Source: Mobula hypostoma (lineage: Eukaryota). Taken from it: a stretch of 64,000 nt of DNA. Under the pieces are notes generated by a model. That model was given only the letters and a program-made list of their open reading frames with translations. It ran no database searches and had not been told where the DNA came from. The stretch spans positions 79,982,001 through 80,046,000 of the forward strand of contig NC_086097.1 in assembly GCF_963921235.1 (NCBI RefSeq). The letters are read 5' to 3'. Positions 12,752 through 25,780 of the stretch are shown here, piece by piece. The translations under genes were made by a program, and so were the position numbers. How positions within the stretch are numbered: the first letter of the stretch is position 1; each line of letters opens with the position of its first letter.

Positions 12752-13974
12752 AAATGACTAACCTACATTACATGCACCAATATGGAGGAAACTAGTTGAC
12801 TACAGAATTGCTGAAATGGCATCCCTTTTTCTCTTATTTCTTTGTTTACTCCCAGCTGGCACAAAAGTCAATGAATATGACACCAAAGACAGAATATAAA
12901 ATATTCATTAGCTGTTGGGCTACATAAAATAGAAGTTAACGGTTCCAACTGTCATTCAGCTAGTTACCAACCTCCATTCAGCTGAACAGAAGTCTTATAT
13001 TAGCCATTTATCCCACTAGTCTTCAATAGGGATAACCTCACAAACTGCCCTCACTGGTAACAAAGCTATACTACAGCAAGTGGAGACTGTTTCCCCAGCA
13101 TCAGCCAGAAATAAATGCTTCACAGAAGGGCAAGTAAATAAGGCTTGCATTGTTGAAATATTTTATCATGCATACCCAAAGAAATAGGCACAGAATGATG
13201 GTGTCCATAACCATGTCCTGTGTTGTAATCCATAATTCAGCTAATTAAAGCTTTCATCAACATCAACAACATATTTATCTCCATTAAAAAGCCATACTTT
13301 CTACATTATAAAAAGAGTTAATAATTTATGGAAGTTTTCATTGCAATTTGAAATCTTTATGACAAAACAATGTGCTGCATATTATGAAGTACAAGTGGAG
13401 CGATGCATGTCAAAATTAACTTTGCCTTTGTGTTACAAGTAATCTATAAAATAAGCTTTAAACAACTAATATATTTTTCTGAATTAATATGATCTACAAA
13501 AGGAGTACTTTTCAAAGTTAAGGCAAACATGCAGTTCTGCAACAATGATTCCTTAAGATTAGCACTGCAGATATCAAGATCGGAACTTGGAAGTCCTGAA
13601 TGAAAATGAATGAGATAAAACTCAAACTATGTTGTAACAGCACTAATATATGAAAATCACGTCCTAAACAGAAGGAGCACAGACCCATAAACAACATAAT
13701 TGCTCTTTCTGTACATAACAGCTTTGCATGTTTTGTGCTACTACTACTTTACCTGTGAAGCTAAAACAAAACTTTCCTGATGAAATGGTAAGATTAATCT
13801 AAATCCAATCCTACCTGAAATATGTTACACTGACAAGAATGAAGTTCTGTAATTTATGAATAAGTTTAATTATGGAAAAAGATTAATATTAGGAATGAGA
13901 AATATCTGAAATAGAAAATGAGGCAACTATCTTAAATTCCTTATCCTATTAAATCATCAGCAGTGGAAAGGGTA

Positions 13975-14893
13975 TGCAGTTTGAAGTTCCTAGGTGTCAA
14001 CATCTCTGAAGATCTATCCTGGGTCCAACATATTGATGCAATTACAACCAAGGCACATTAGTGGCTATATTTCATTAGGAGTTTTGAGACTTTGTTTATC
14101 ACCAAAGATTCCCACAAATTTCCACAGATGTACTGTGCAGAGCATTCTAACTGGTTGCATCACCTTCTGGTATAGAGGGCTACAGAGGATTGGAAAAAGC
14201 TGCAGAGGGTTGCAAACTCAGCCAGCTCCATTATGGGCACTGGCCTCCCCAGCATCGAGGACATCTTCAAAAGGTGATGCCCCCATCACCCAGGCATGTC
14301 TTCTTATTGTTACAATCAAGGAGGACAAACTCACTCAACATTTTAGGACAGCTTCTTCTGCTCTGCCGTCAGATTTCTGACTGGACAATTCACCCATCTA
14401 CACTCCCTCAATTTTTTCCCCTTTTTTTGTCTCTCTTTTTGCATTCAGTTTTTTTTTGGCATGTGCCTGCGTGCGTGCGAGTCTGTGCGTGTCCGTGCAT
14501 GTGTCCGTGATGATGTCTTTTTCATGGCTTTATTTTACAGGGCACGGAGCGAGAGAGAGAGACTGTGTGGCATGCCACTCCACACACATTTTCGCAGTAT
14601 TTTCCCTTTATTTTACGAGGTCAAGTTGCAATCTCGACACTCAACCCGGCACAGACGGAAAGCGTACTCGGGAGCGGACTCGACTAGTTTCGAACCCGGG
14701 AACCTCCGCTCCCGGGTCCAGCGCCAATGTCATTGCGCCACCAGCCGGCCCATCACTCCTTACTTTTTAAATACATTTCTTATCATAATTTAAAGACTTT
14801 TAATACTATATATTGCAATTTACTGTTGCCACAAAACAACAAATTTCACAACAAATGGCAATGATATTAAATCTGATTCTGATTCTGATTCTG
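13975..14893 (+). mobile_element. Rex1/Babar 3' fragment with nested SINE
   Basis: RCTVQSILTGCITFWY motif; (tctgat)n tail at ~14872-14893. Confidence 0.8.
14500..14750 (-). mobile_element. tRNA-derived SINE (CpG-rich, probably young)
   Basis: Minus strand has A box tggcgcaatg and B box gggttcgaaac. Confidence 0.7.
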
Positions 14894-15361
14894 GAACCAA
14901 TCTCTGTTTTGATAGAAATATTGTAGATGTCCAAATCATTCAGAAAAATGATTACACATTTCTGCAGTACCAAAATAAAATCAATTTATAAAATCTGTAA
15001 CAATAAAGGGAACTCTAAATCTGTAAATGTCACTTTTTCCAGTGAATTTTACATGTGTGACTTTAGTAAGTATCACACAAACATAAACTTACATTTCTGC
15101 AGAAGTTGATGTCCTCTTATTCCGCAACTGTCCACCAGTTGAAACATCATGTTACAGATTACCATTCAAGATATTTCCTGAGCCAGATTATCCACCACAT
15201 TAGGTCAAAGAAAGAACTTGATCATAAATATCTTAAGCATATCTTCTAAATCTGAACACTGATTCAAACCCCTGCTAATGCTTACAATAAGCAAATCAAA
15301 ATTTACTCAGTAAATTTACTCAGTTTCAGCTGTTTTCAGCGTATCTCTATTCAAACAGTTC

Positions 15362-16921
15362 TATAGAAATATAGAAAACAGGTGCAGGAGTAGGCCATTC
15401 GGCCCTTCGAGCCTGCACCGCCATTCAGTATGACCATGGCTGATCATCCAACTCAGAACCCTGCCCCAGCCTTCCCTCCATACCCCCGATCCCCGTAGCC
15501 ACAAGGGCCATATCTAACTCCCTCTTAAATATAGCCAATGAACTGGCCTCAACTGTTTCCTGTGGCAGAGAATTCCACAGATTCACCACTCTCTGTGTGA
15601 AGAAGTTTTTCCTCATCTCGGTCCTAAAAGGCTTCCCCTTTATCCTCAAACTGTGACCCCTCGTTCTGGACTTCCCCAACATCGGGAACAATCTTCCTGC
15701 ATCTAGCCTGTCCAATCCCTTTAGGATTTTATACGTTTCAATAAGATCCCCCCTCAATCTTCTAAATTCCAATGAGTATAAGCCTAGTTGATCCAGTCTT
15801 TCATCATATGAAAGTCCTGCCATCCCAGGAATCAATCTGGTGAACCTTCTTTGTACTCCCTCTATGGCAAGGATGTCTTTCTTCAGATTAGGGGACCAAA
15901 ACTGCACACAATACTCCAGGTGTGGTCTCACCAAGGCCTTGTACAACTGCAGTAGTACCTCCCTGCTCCTGACTCAAATCCTCTTGCTATGAATGCCAGC
16001 ATACCATTCACCTTTTTCACCGCCTGCTGTACCTGCATGCCCACTTTCAATGACTGGTGTATAATGACACCCAGGCCTTGTTGCACCTCCCCTTTTCCTA
16101 ATTGGCCACCATTCAGATAATAATCTGTTTTCCTGTTTTTGCCACCAAAGTGGATAACCTCACATTTAACCACATTAAATTGCATCTGCCATGAATTTGC
16201 CCACTCACCTAACCTATCCAAGTCACCCTGCATCCTCTTAGCGTCCTCCTCACAGCTAACACTGCCGCCCAGCTTCGTGTCATCCACAAACTTGGAGATG
16301 CTGCATTTAATTCCCTCATCTAAGTCATTAATGTATATTGTGAACAACTGGGGTCCCAGCACTGAGCCTTGCGGTATCCCACTAGTCACTGCCTGCCATT
16401 TTGAAAAGATCCCGTTTATTCCCACTCTTTGCTTCCTGTCTGCCAACCAATTCTCTATCCACATCAATACCTTACCCCCAATATCGTGTGCTTTAAGTTT
16501 ACACACTAATCTCCTGTGTGGGACCTTGTCAAAAGCCTTTTGAAAATCCAAATACACCACATCCACTGCTTCTCCCCTATCCACTCTACTAGTTACATCC
16601 TCAAAAAATTCTATGAGCTTCGTCAGACATGATCTTCCTTTCACAAATCCATGCTGACTTTGTCCGATGATTTCACCGCTTTCCAAATGTGCTGTTATCA
16701 CATCTTTGATAACTGACTCTAGCATTTTCCGCACCACCGTTGTTAGGCTAACCGGTCTATAATTCCCCGGTTTCTCTCTCCCTCCTTTTTTAAAAAGTGG
16801 GGTTACATTAGCCACCCTCCAATCCTCAGGAACTAGTCCAGAATCTAAAGAGTTTTGAAAAATTATCACTAATGCATCCACTATTTCTTGGGCTACTTCC
16901 TTAAGCACTCTGGGATGCAGA
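15362..16921 (-). mobile_element. CR1 LINE, 5'-truncated
   Basis: ORFs 15928-16908 and 15425-15946 with RT motifs, joined by a frameshift. Confidence 0.95.
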
Positions 16922-17438
16922 CTATGTTCTATACCATCTTAGGTTTAATTTCCAAAATTAATTTGTTCATATAATTTATCAACACTGAATTAATTTCTGT
17001 ATAGAGAACAAAGGACAAACAAACCATGTGTCAGTTACCCATATATTTTACTTGCATGTTTTCAGCAGTATTTTTAGGCATTAAACTTTATAAGATAAAA
17101 ATACTATGACTCCACAAAGCTGTATTTATAAAACAGTCTGGTATCATATTACACTTACATTTTGCTCTGCATTTCACAACCAGTGACAAAAAAATGTATT
17201 TCCCATTATTAACTTTCTAATAAATGTAAGCACTGAAAGAGTTAGTTATTTATTCATAAATTGGGGCAAGTGCATTTGATTTTACAGCCATATTAAAGAC
17301 AGGGCAACATCAATTTTAAACAAACATACAAAATGCAAAATCCATTTGGGAAAACAAACATTAATATAAAAACAATCACAAATCGGGTACCATATCAAAA
17401 GTGTAATTATCAGAAGCACCATACGCTATATTTGCTAC

Positions 17439-17895
17439 TCAGAATCAGAATGAGGTTTGTGACATTTGTTGTTTTGTGGCAGCAGTCCAATACATAAGTT
17501 ACCGTAAAAAAGATATTAAAACATTAAAAAAATAGTGCAAAAGGAGAACAAAATAGTGAGGAAGTGTTCATGGGTTCAAGGATCACTCAGAAATCTGATG
17601 GTGGAGGGGAATAAGCTGTTCCTTAAACATTGAGTATGTGTTCACAGGCTCCTGTACTTACTCCCTAATAGCAATAATGAGAAGAGGACACATCCTGGAT
17701 AGTGAGGGTCCTTAATGATGGATGGTGCCTTCTTGAAGCACCACCTTTTGAAGATGTTCTCAGTGGCAGGCAGGCTAGTCCCCATGATGGAACTGGTTGA
17801 GTTTACAACCGTCTGCAGCTTTTTTGATCCTGTGCATTGGAGCCTCCATACCAGGCGGTGATGCAACCAATCAGAATGCTCTCCGTGGTACATTT
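17439..17895 (-). mobile_element. Rex1/Babar 3' fragment
   Basis: SIIKDPHYPG motif; cagaatcagaat tail. Confidence 0.8.
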
Positions 17896-18566
17896 TTAGA
17901 GATTTGCTTAGAGGAAGCTGAAATATTACAATTGAACCCCAGTCTATACTATATTAACTACGTTTCACCAGGTCTACAATGACCCTTTAGAACCTCTCAT
18001 TCACCAGACCAATCACCAGGCAACTTGAATAATTAACAGCTCCACAAATAAACACCCGGCAATCTACTCAATGAAAATATCCACTTGAAACAATGTATGT
18101 CAAATTAAAACAATGCATTCCTGAAGTTACAAGCATGTAAGTTACCATAATTGTAAGATTTGATGATAAAAATTTTAATAGTGTTGACAACAAACTTTTA
18201 TGTATCATTGAAACTCAAAACGTTTAAAGAGTGGTAAATAGTGAAAAGTTTTGGAATAGTCAAGGATCATTGGAATTATAATTTGGAACCAAAATAAAAT
18301 AAAACAAAGATATCTTTGAAAATAAAATGATAAAATAACTTTTAGAAATATAACTGGAAAGAAAATGAGAAGGCATGGCTGGGAAAATTTATTTTAAATA
18401 TGCTTATACTGAATAAATATCTTTAAAATTTCCTATCAAGCTAAAATAAGAAATCTCAACAAATTTAGCTTAATTTAATTAAAGCATGATTAATGTTAAA
18501 TTCATCACAGGTTCCTTGGATTTATTTTGATTCCAATAAAAAGATAATACCTTTAAGTAAAATAAC

Positions 18567-19030
18567 TTGCCTGTGTTTCATCTCCTAAGTTACAGAGAAA
18601 GGTTGAACAAGTTAGGTCTTTACTCTTTGGAGCACAGAAGGTTGAGGGGGGACTTGATAGGGGTGTTTAAAATTATGAGGGGGATTGATAGAGTTGACGT
18701 GGATAGGCTTTTTCCATTGAGAATGGGGGAGATTCAAACAAGAGAACATGAGTTGAGAGTTAAAGGGCAAAAGTTTAGGGGTAACATGAGGGGGAACTTC
18801 TTTACTCAGAGAGTGGTAGCTGTGTGGAATGAGCTTCCAGCAGAAGTGGTTGAGGCAGGTTCGATGTTGTCATTTAAAGTTAAATTGTGTAGATATATGG
18901 ACAGGAAAGGAATGGAGGGTTATGGGCCGAGTGCAGGTCGGTGGGACTAGGTGACAGTAAGAGTTCAGCACGGACTAGAAGGGCCAAGATGGCCTGTTTC
19001 CATACTGTAATTGTTATACGTTATATATGT
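18567..19030 (+). mobile_element. CR1 LINE 3' fragment
   Basis: LGLYSLEHRRLRGDLI...FFTQRVV. Confidence 0.9.
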
Positions 19031-20219
19031 TAAATAAAATTTAATTTACTCCCAAATTATAGATGCTCACTGATCCGGAGAACAGATAGGTGATGTGAAC
19101 CTAAGCTCCCATCAAAGCTTAGAATGAGATGGTGATTACCCTTTTTTAAGTGTATAGGCCTTCATGCTGGCAACCAGCTTCCTAAATCTACTAGACTGAT
19201 ATTCAATAAAAACTTTACCATGTGGGAAAATTGCAGGTGGAACCACATCTTGTCATTCAACAATACAGCACTCCAATAAACAACGCAATGAATCAAGCTG
19301 TACAATTGTGTTTTACTGTGCAAAATCAACAAAAATTTCATGATTGCTCTTGAAACTCTCATTAAATGATTTTAGTGCAAAAAAACTATCTTCTGGTGGT
19401 TTAAATCTATTTTAAAAATTGTACCTCTAGATTTCCAAGTTTTCTCAATTAAGAACTTCCTTAGGTAAGATGCTTTTGTTCAATTGCATTTATAAGAAGT
19501 ATTTATTAATGCAAGTCATGCACATTTATAGATTAAAATGCTGTCTTATAGCTCAAAAAACCCTGGGAAAAGCAATGTTAAATTTTATTACAAATAAATT
19601 ACATTCAACACTTGTTTTACACAAATACAATTATTTGATTTGATAGAAAACATATCTCTTCTGCAGTGTTTTTACATTCCAAGATACCAAAATATTTGCA
19701 AAAAAAACATTTTGATGTTTCATTGAAAGCACACATGGGCATCAGGACATAATGTCACAATTTTTTTATGTTCAGTTGCAAATAAAAGGTACAATGCCAA
19801 TTTGACAAGTACCATGGAATTTATTTTTAACAAAAGATAATCCTGATTTGGAAAAAGAACTTCTTCCGATGTCATTTCTTATTCCTATCAGCATGAATTT
19901 TTATTCCTTTTCCTCCTAAGTATTTGCCCAATCTACTTTTGGAAGTATCTAAGTTAATTACCTTTCCAAACTTATTAGGTAGCAATCCCATATTCTACTA
20001 TTCTTTAAATAAAACATGCTCAGTTGCATTTATTAGTGGCCTTCTTATATTTATTTAACGTTTGTTTGAATTTTGCCAGTAAATGTGAAAATATTTGGGA
20101 ATCTGAGCATCTAAGAAAGGGTATTTATGTAGGTCGGGTGGGAGACAAAAGTGGACTAAATATCAAACTTGAACTATTACTCTACATGAGAAATATAAAT
20201 GGGAGAAGACAACACTGAA

Positions 20220-21760
20220 TCTGCTCTGCTAGTTAATAAGATCATGTGCAATTCAAACTTCCTCAGATTCACTTTCCTACTCTATCCCCATATCCTATAA
20301 TTCCCTTATGATCAAAAATTGATCACAGCTTATAATATATTTAATAATTCACCTTCCAAAAAGATTCATAACCATTTGAGGATTGAAAATCTTCCTCATC
20401 CAAGCCTTAAATGATCATCCACATTCTGATTCTGTGCCCTTTGGTCTTAAACTCAATATTTACACAGCCAAGCTAATAAGAATCTTAACATTTCAATAAA
20501 ATTGTCTCTCATACTTTTAAATTTCAATGGGTACAGATCTGATCTCATAAAATAATTCCCTACATCCCCATGATAATCCTACTGCATCTTCTCTGAACTG
20601 CCTTCAATGCTATAATACCAAAACTGTTCATAGTAATTGTTATGACTTTTTCAGTCATAACCCACCTGTAATAAAACAAGCATTTCATTTACCTTTCCAA
20701 TTATAGTTTTCCGTGTTTCATGTAAGAACCTCCAATACATAGCAACTTTCTGCAGCCTTTCTCTGTTTAAACACTCAGCTATTTTATCAATTCTCTTGCC
20801 TAGTAAACCTCTTCACTTTTCCCATATGGTAATTAATTTGCCATTTTTTTGCCTACTCACTCAACCATGTCTGTTGCAAACTGCTTGCATCTTCTTCACA
20901 GCTTGTCTGTATTATCTGCAATTTATATTATATTTTCTTCTTTTTTATTTGCACAGTTTGACTTCTTTTGCACATTGGTTGCTTGTCAGTCTTTGTTTAT
21001 GTACAGTTTTCCATTAATTCTATGGTATTTCTTTGCCTTATTGTGAAAGACTGCAAGAAAATGAATCCCAAGGTAATATATGGCAACATATACTGTACGT
21101 ATTTTGATAATAAATTTACTTTTAAGTTTTTCCCCAGAATCATTAATATGAGCTGTTGTCCCAACACTGATCTCTATAGCACCTCACTAGTTACAGTCTG
21201 CCAAGCTGAAAATTAACCTGACTGACTGCTTCGTGCTCTGCCCCTACTAACATATTACCTCAAACTCCATGCACTCTCATTCTGTGAAATATTTTTCTGT
21301 AGATCCTTTCTGAATGCCTTTTGAAAAATCTAAATATATTGCATCCACTGGTTCCCCTCTAACTGTTCTGGTCAATATTTCCTCAGTGAACCTCAATAAA
21401 CTTAGTGCACAGAATTTCACCTTCATTTCCTCACAAAGCCATGCTGGCTCTTCTTGATCAGATTATGACTTTTTAAATCTTCTGCTATTATCTATTTAAT
21501 AATTTCATCTAACATTTTCCAATAATAGGCTTTAGGCTAACAAGTCTATAATTAAATACATTTTGCCTTGCAACTTTTTGAATAAGAGTAGCTTGCTTAT
21601 CCTTTGAAATTGCTACGTAATCTAACGATTTTTGGAAATTTACAACCAGTGTAATCACTATTGCTATAAGCACTTACTTTAGGATCCTAGGATGCAAAAC
21701 CAGTCAGCCTAGAGGATAGCATTCAGCCCTATTAGCGTGGCTACCACTAATTCTCTAATG
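20220..21760 (-). mobile_element. Highly decayed CR1-like LINE
   Basis: Residual plus-strand signatures such as gaatgccttttgaaaaatctaaatat...catccactggttcccctct (reverse of VDxxYLDFxKAF). Confidence 0.55.
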
Positions 21761-22034
21761 GTGGTGTTGGTATTTAATTTCTCTCCTGCATTTTTTTTTG
21801 AGTTTTAATGGAGGCGGGGGAAGAGGGGTTCATTTCTACCACACAAACAAATGAAAAATAACTGTTTAACTCTCCTGCCATTCCTCCAGAATTATTTCCA
21901 TAGTCTTAAATAAGTAATTCATTTTTAATGTCTTTGTAAAACCCAGGTACAGCTTTGTAGCATGAGTTCATTACTTTCAATTTCAGGTTGCATATTGAAT
22001 ATGGAATATAAAATAAACAGAAATCATATTAAAC

Positions 22035-22998
22035 GCAAACAACAGGAATTCTGCAGATGCTGGAAATTCAAGCAACACACATCAAAGTTGCTGGTGAACG
22101 CAGCAGGCCAGGCAGCATCTGTAGGAAGAGGTGCAGTCGACGTTTCAGGCCGAGACCCTTTGTCAGGACTAACTGAAGGAAGAGTGAGTAAGGGATTTGA
22201 AAGTTGGAGGGGGAGGGGGAGATCCAAAATGATAGGAGAAGACAGGAGGGGGAGGGATAGAGCCAAGAGCTGGACAGGCATCGGGAGCACTGGACGCAGT
22301 ATATCACCCCAGTCGACTCACAGGTGAAGTCGACTGGGGTGATATACTGCGTCCGGTGCTCCCGATGTGGCCTTTTATATATTGGCGAGACCTGACGCAG
22401 ACTGGGAGACCGCTTTGCTGAACATCTACGCTCTGTCCGCCAGAGAAAGCAGGATCTCCCAGTGGCCACACATTTTAATTCCACATCCCATTCCCATTCT
22501 GACATGTCTATCCACGGCCTCCTCTACTGTAAAGATGAAGCCACACTCAGGTTGGAGGAACAACACCTTATATTCCGTCTGGGTAGCCTCCAACCTGATG
22601 GCATGAACATTGACTTCTCTAACTTCCGCTAAGGCCCCACCTCCCCCTCGTACCCCATCTGTTACTTATTTTTATGCTCACATTCTTTCTCTCACTCTCC
22701 TTTTTCTCCCTCTGTCCCTCTGAATATACCTCTTGCCCATCCTCTGGGTCCTCCCCCCTTGTCTTTCTTCCCAGACCTCCTGTCCCATGATCCTCTTGTA
22801 TCCCCTTTTGCCTATCACCCGTCCAGCTCTTGGCTCCATCGCTCCCCCTCCTGTCTTCTCCTATCATTTTGGATCTCCCCCTCCCCCTCCAACTTTCAAA
22901 TCCCTTACTCACTCTTCCTTCAGTTAGTCCTGATGAAGGGTCTCGGCCTGAGATGCTGCCTGGCCTGCTGCGTTCACCAGCAACTTTGATGTGTGTTG
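22035..22998 (+). mobile_element. Penelope-like element: inverted 5' pLTR, GIY-YIG endonuclease C-half and 3' pLTR
   Basis: GVIYCVRCSRCGLLYIGET...FAEH...VATHFN...QPDGMN (22335-22632); 22035-22278 is an inverted copy of the tail; 17-bp TSD cagaaatcatattaaac (22018-22034, 22999-23015). Confidence 0.9.
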
Positions 22999-23595
22999 CA
23001 GAAATCATATTAAACTTTGTTTTCTTCTGTGTACTATATAAACTACTGTATAATATAGGACTACTTTATATTGTACTAATACATCATATTGAGCATGCGC
23101 TATTAGACACGTATTGATCTGTATATATGTGTTCAGTTCGGGTTCCGTAAGTAAAAGCCCCTGTTAGCTTAGCTCCAGTCTCTAGCATTATTATTAATGA
23201 TATTGTTGTGTAAAAGGCCACATACACAACAAATTGGCAACGAGGTTAATGAACCTGCATCGTATTGGAGCACCATGTTTTAATTGAGAACGGCACTCAG
23301 AAGAGGCAGAGGGAGGCCGCGAGTCTAAAAAGAAGCGGGAGTTCAGCTGGAGTCGAGAACGTCGGGAGACCGAAAGACAGTCGGAGCCGTGGCGCATCCA
23401 GGCGAGACCACAGCCAGCGCTGAACCCCAGGGCTGAGGGTCTGCCTGCCTCAGAAGGGAGAGGAAAAAAAGAGCAACACAGGCATGTAACCAGAGTACGC
23501 TCGCAACGCTAGCAAAAAACAAGTCACATGAGTCAAAAAGAAAACAAGGGACCGAGGCTAAATTCACATAACAAGGATAAATTAACATAACAAGG

Positions 23596-24770
23596 ATAGC
23601 GTTAATTGTAACCATTACAGCATTTGATAGTGGCATTGAAGACTGGGCAACTTATATTGAAAGGATAGAGTTATATTGTAATGCTAACGATGTTAGTGAA
23701 GAAAAGAAAGCCAGTGTCTTACTTAGTGTAATGGGCGCGAAAACATACGGCCTGCTATGGAGTTTGTTAGCCCCTGAAAAGCCAGCTGACAGACATTCAA
23801 GCAAATAGTAGACACTATCAGCATTTAAACCCCAAACCATTGATCATTGCTGAAAGATTTAAATTTTACAATTGGAATCAGAGCAAAAATGAAAGCATTT
23901 CTGAATATTGTGTTGAATTGCACAAACGATCAGAATATTGTCAATTTGGAGCTGGTCTATCAGATGCATGAGGGGCAGGTTAGTGTGTGGCATGCACTGT
24001 GAAACCACACAGAAGAAGCTCCTGTGTGAAAAAGACCTTACATTCGAGAAAGCGCTAAACATCTCAATATTATTAGAAACAGCCGCACCAGGTGCTTCAG
24101 AGATACAACAAAAATCTCTGGAACATGCTACAAATAAAATGTCACTGAGCAGAAATTAAGGAAAGAAATGTTACCGTTGTGGGAACATGCTGAACAGAAA
24201 TGAAGGAAAGAAATATTACTGTTGTGAGAACAAGTCACATGATCCTGATGTTTGTTGGTTTAAAGACAAAGAATGCCGAAACTGTGGCAAACAGGGTCAC
24301 ACTGGCAGAGTATGCAAAACTAGTAAACAACAGAAAAAGAGCAAAATACAGAGAAACAAGAAACTCCAAAAGTAAAGTACAAGGTAGACAAAATGAAAGA
24401 AAGCAGTTCTGATGAAAATGACTCCGACGAAAGTGAATTGTCTTGTCTGCAACTTCACTGCGTGAAAGAGACATGATCGAAGAGTAATATGGATCACTCT
24501 ACAAGTGGCAGGCGTGAGACTGAAAATGGAGTTGGATACAGGCTCAGCTTTAACAGTGACCTCTGTACACGACTACAAACGACTGTTTTCTGACAGAAAG
24601 CACATCCCAAAGGTAAAATTAAAGTGACACTGACCTACGGAGACAAAACCCAGCAGCTGTACCTCTATGTACTGAAAAATGGAGGGCCACCGTTGCTGGG
24701 ACGTGAATGACTCGGGAAAATTCAGTTGGATTGGCACACCATCAAGGCACTAGATGTGTCAACAAAGGAG
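23596..24770 (+). pseudogene. Gypsy gag and protease remnant
   Basis: FDSGIEDWATYIERIELYCNAN...LLSVMGAKTYGLL; CRNCGKQGHTGRVC knuckle; LKMELDTGSA protease active site; LLGRE*L...LDW. Confidence 0.9.
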
Positions 24771-24779
24771 GGCAGCTCG

Positions 24780-25062
24780 GCGGACTCGGATGAACATACA
24801 GAGGATGCAAGGGAGACAGTTATTGCCAATAAGCAGGAGGATGATGACTACCTGGAAATAAAAGAGAAGATGTACCAGGAGAAATTGACATCTCCCAAAA
24901 GACAGCTATAGCAGTTACAGGAAGGCACTTTGCAGGAGTATCAGAAAAGGATGAAGAAACTAGATCAACAATACAAGGAAGGAATATGAAATGCAGAGCT
25001 TTTTCTGCAACTGGAGACAGAAAAAGTGAAAAGGAATTATATTAGAGAGAAGAAAGAAGCAG
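24780..25062 (+). pseudogene. SUDS3: Captured intronless SUDS3 fragment (N-terminal coiled coil)
   Basis: [12 protein letters not shown]...[71 protein letters not shown] matches vertebrate SUDS3 as recalled; stops at 24909 and 24987. Confidence 0.9.
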
Positions 25063-25129
25063 AGAGAGCGCAGGAGCCCCATCTCAGATCGGCCCGAGCC
25101 GCAACCACCTCACGCAGCCTGTCAACATC

Positions 25130-25780
25130 ATGAGCGAGGCCGAGACGGAGCAGCAATCCGAACAGCAACAGCCAGACAAACCCAAATTCCCCAGGGAGAA
25201 GAAAGTTATCGCAACAAAGGTTCTTGGAACAGTAAGGTGGTTCAACATACAAAATGGATATAGATTCATCAACAAGAATGATACAAAGGAAGATGTGTTT
25301 GTACATCAGATTGCTTTAAAAAATAACCAATGGAAATACCTCCGCAGTGTTGGATGGTGAAACTTGGAGTTCGACGTAGGGCAAGGCGAAAAGGGTGCAG
25401 AAGCAGCAAATATAACTGGTTCCGAAGGCATTCCAGTCCAAGGAAGCCAATATGCCACGGACAGAAATCGTTATCGTCGCTACAACCCTCGCCGTCGAGG
25501 TCCACCACGTAATTACCAACAGAACATTGAAAGTGGAGAGGAAGGAGATGGAGCAGAGACAACAACAGATGGAGAAAACCAAGATGATCAAAATCAGCAA
25601 CATCGCCGTCCTTACAGAAGACAGCATTACCCACCTTACTTTGTTCATCGTCGCTATGGTCGCTACCCACAATATAGCGACCAGCCTCAGGGAGAAATTG
25701 CTGAGGGTGGTAAAATAAATGAAAGCCAGGTTGCTGGGGGAGAAGGTAAACCTAACAGAGGACAAAATCAATTCCATTCA
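25130..25780 (+). pseudogene. YBX1: Captured intronless Y-box protein (YBX1-like) fragment with cold-shock domain
   Basis: MSEAET...[37 protein letters not shown]...YLRSVG...[18 protein letters not shown]...[12 protein letters not shown]...RRPYRR; GC-rich 5'UTR-like leader 25063-25129; stop at 25358. Confidence 0.92.

Noticed and set aside
24780..25780. Ordinary L1-processed pseudogenes
   Set aside because: No poly(A) or internal TSD, 3' ends are missing, and the cargo replaces pol rather than interrupting it.
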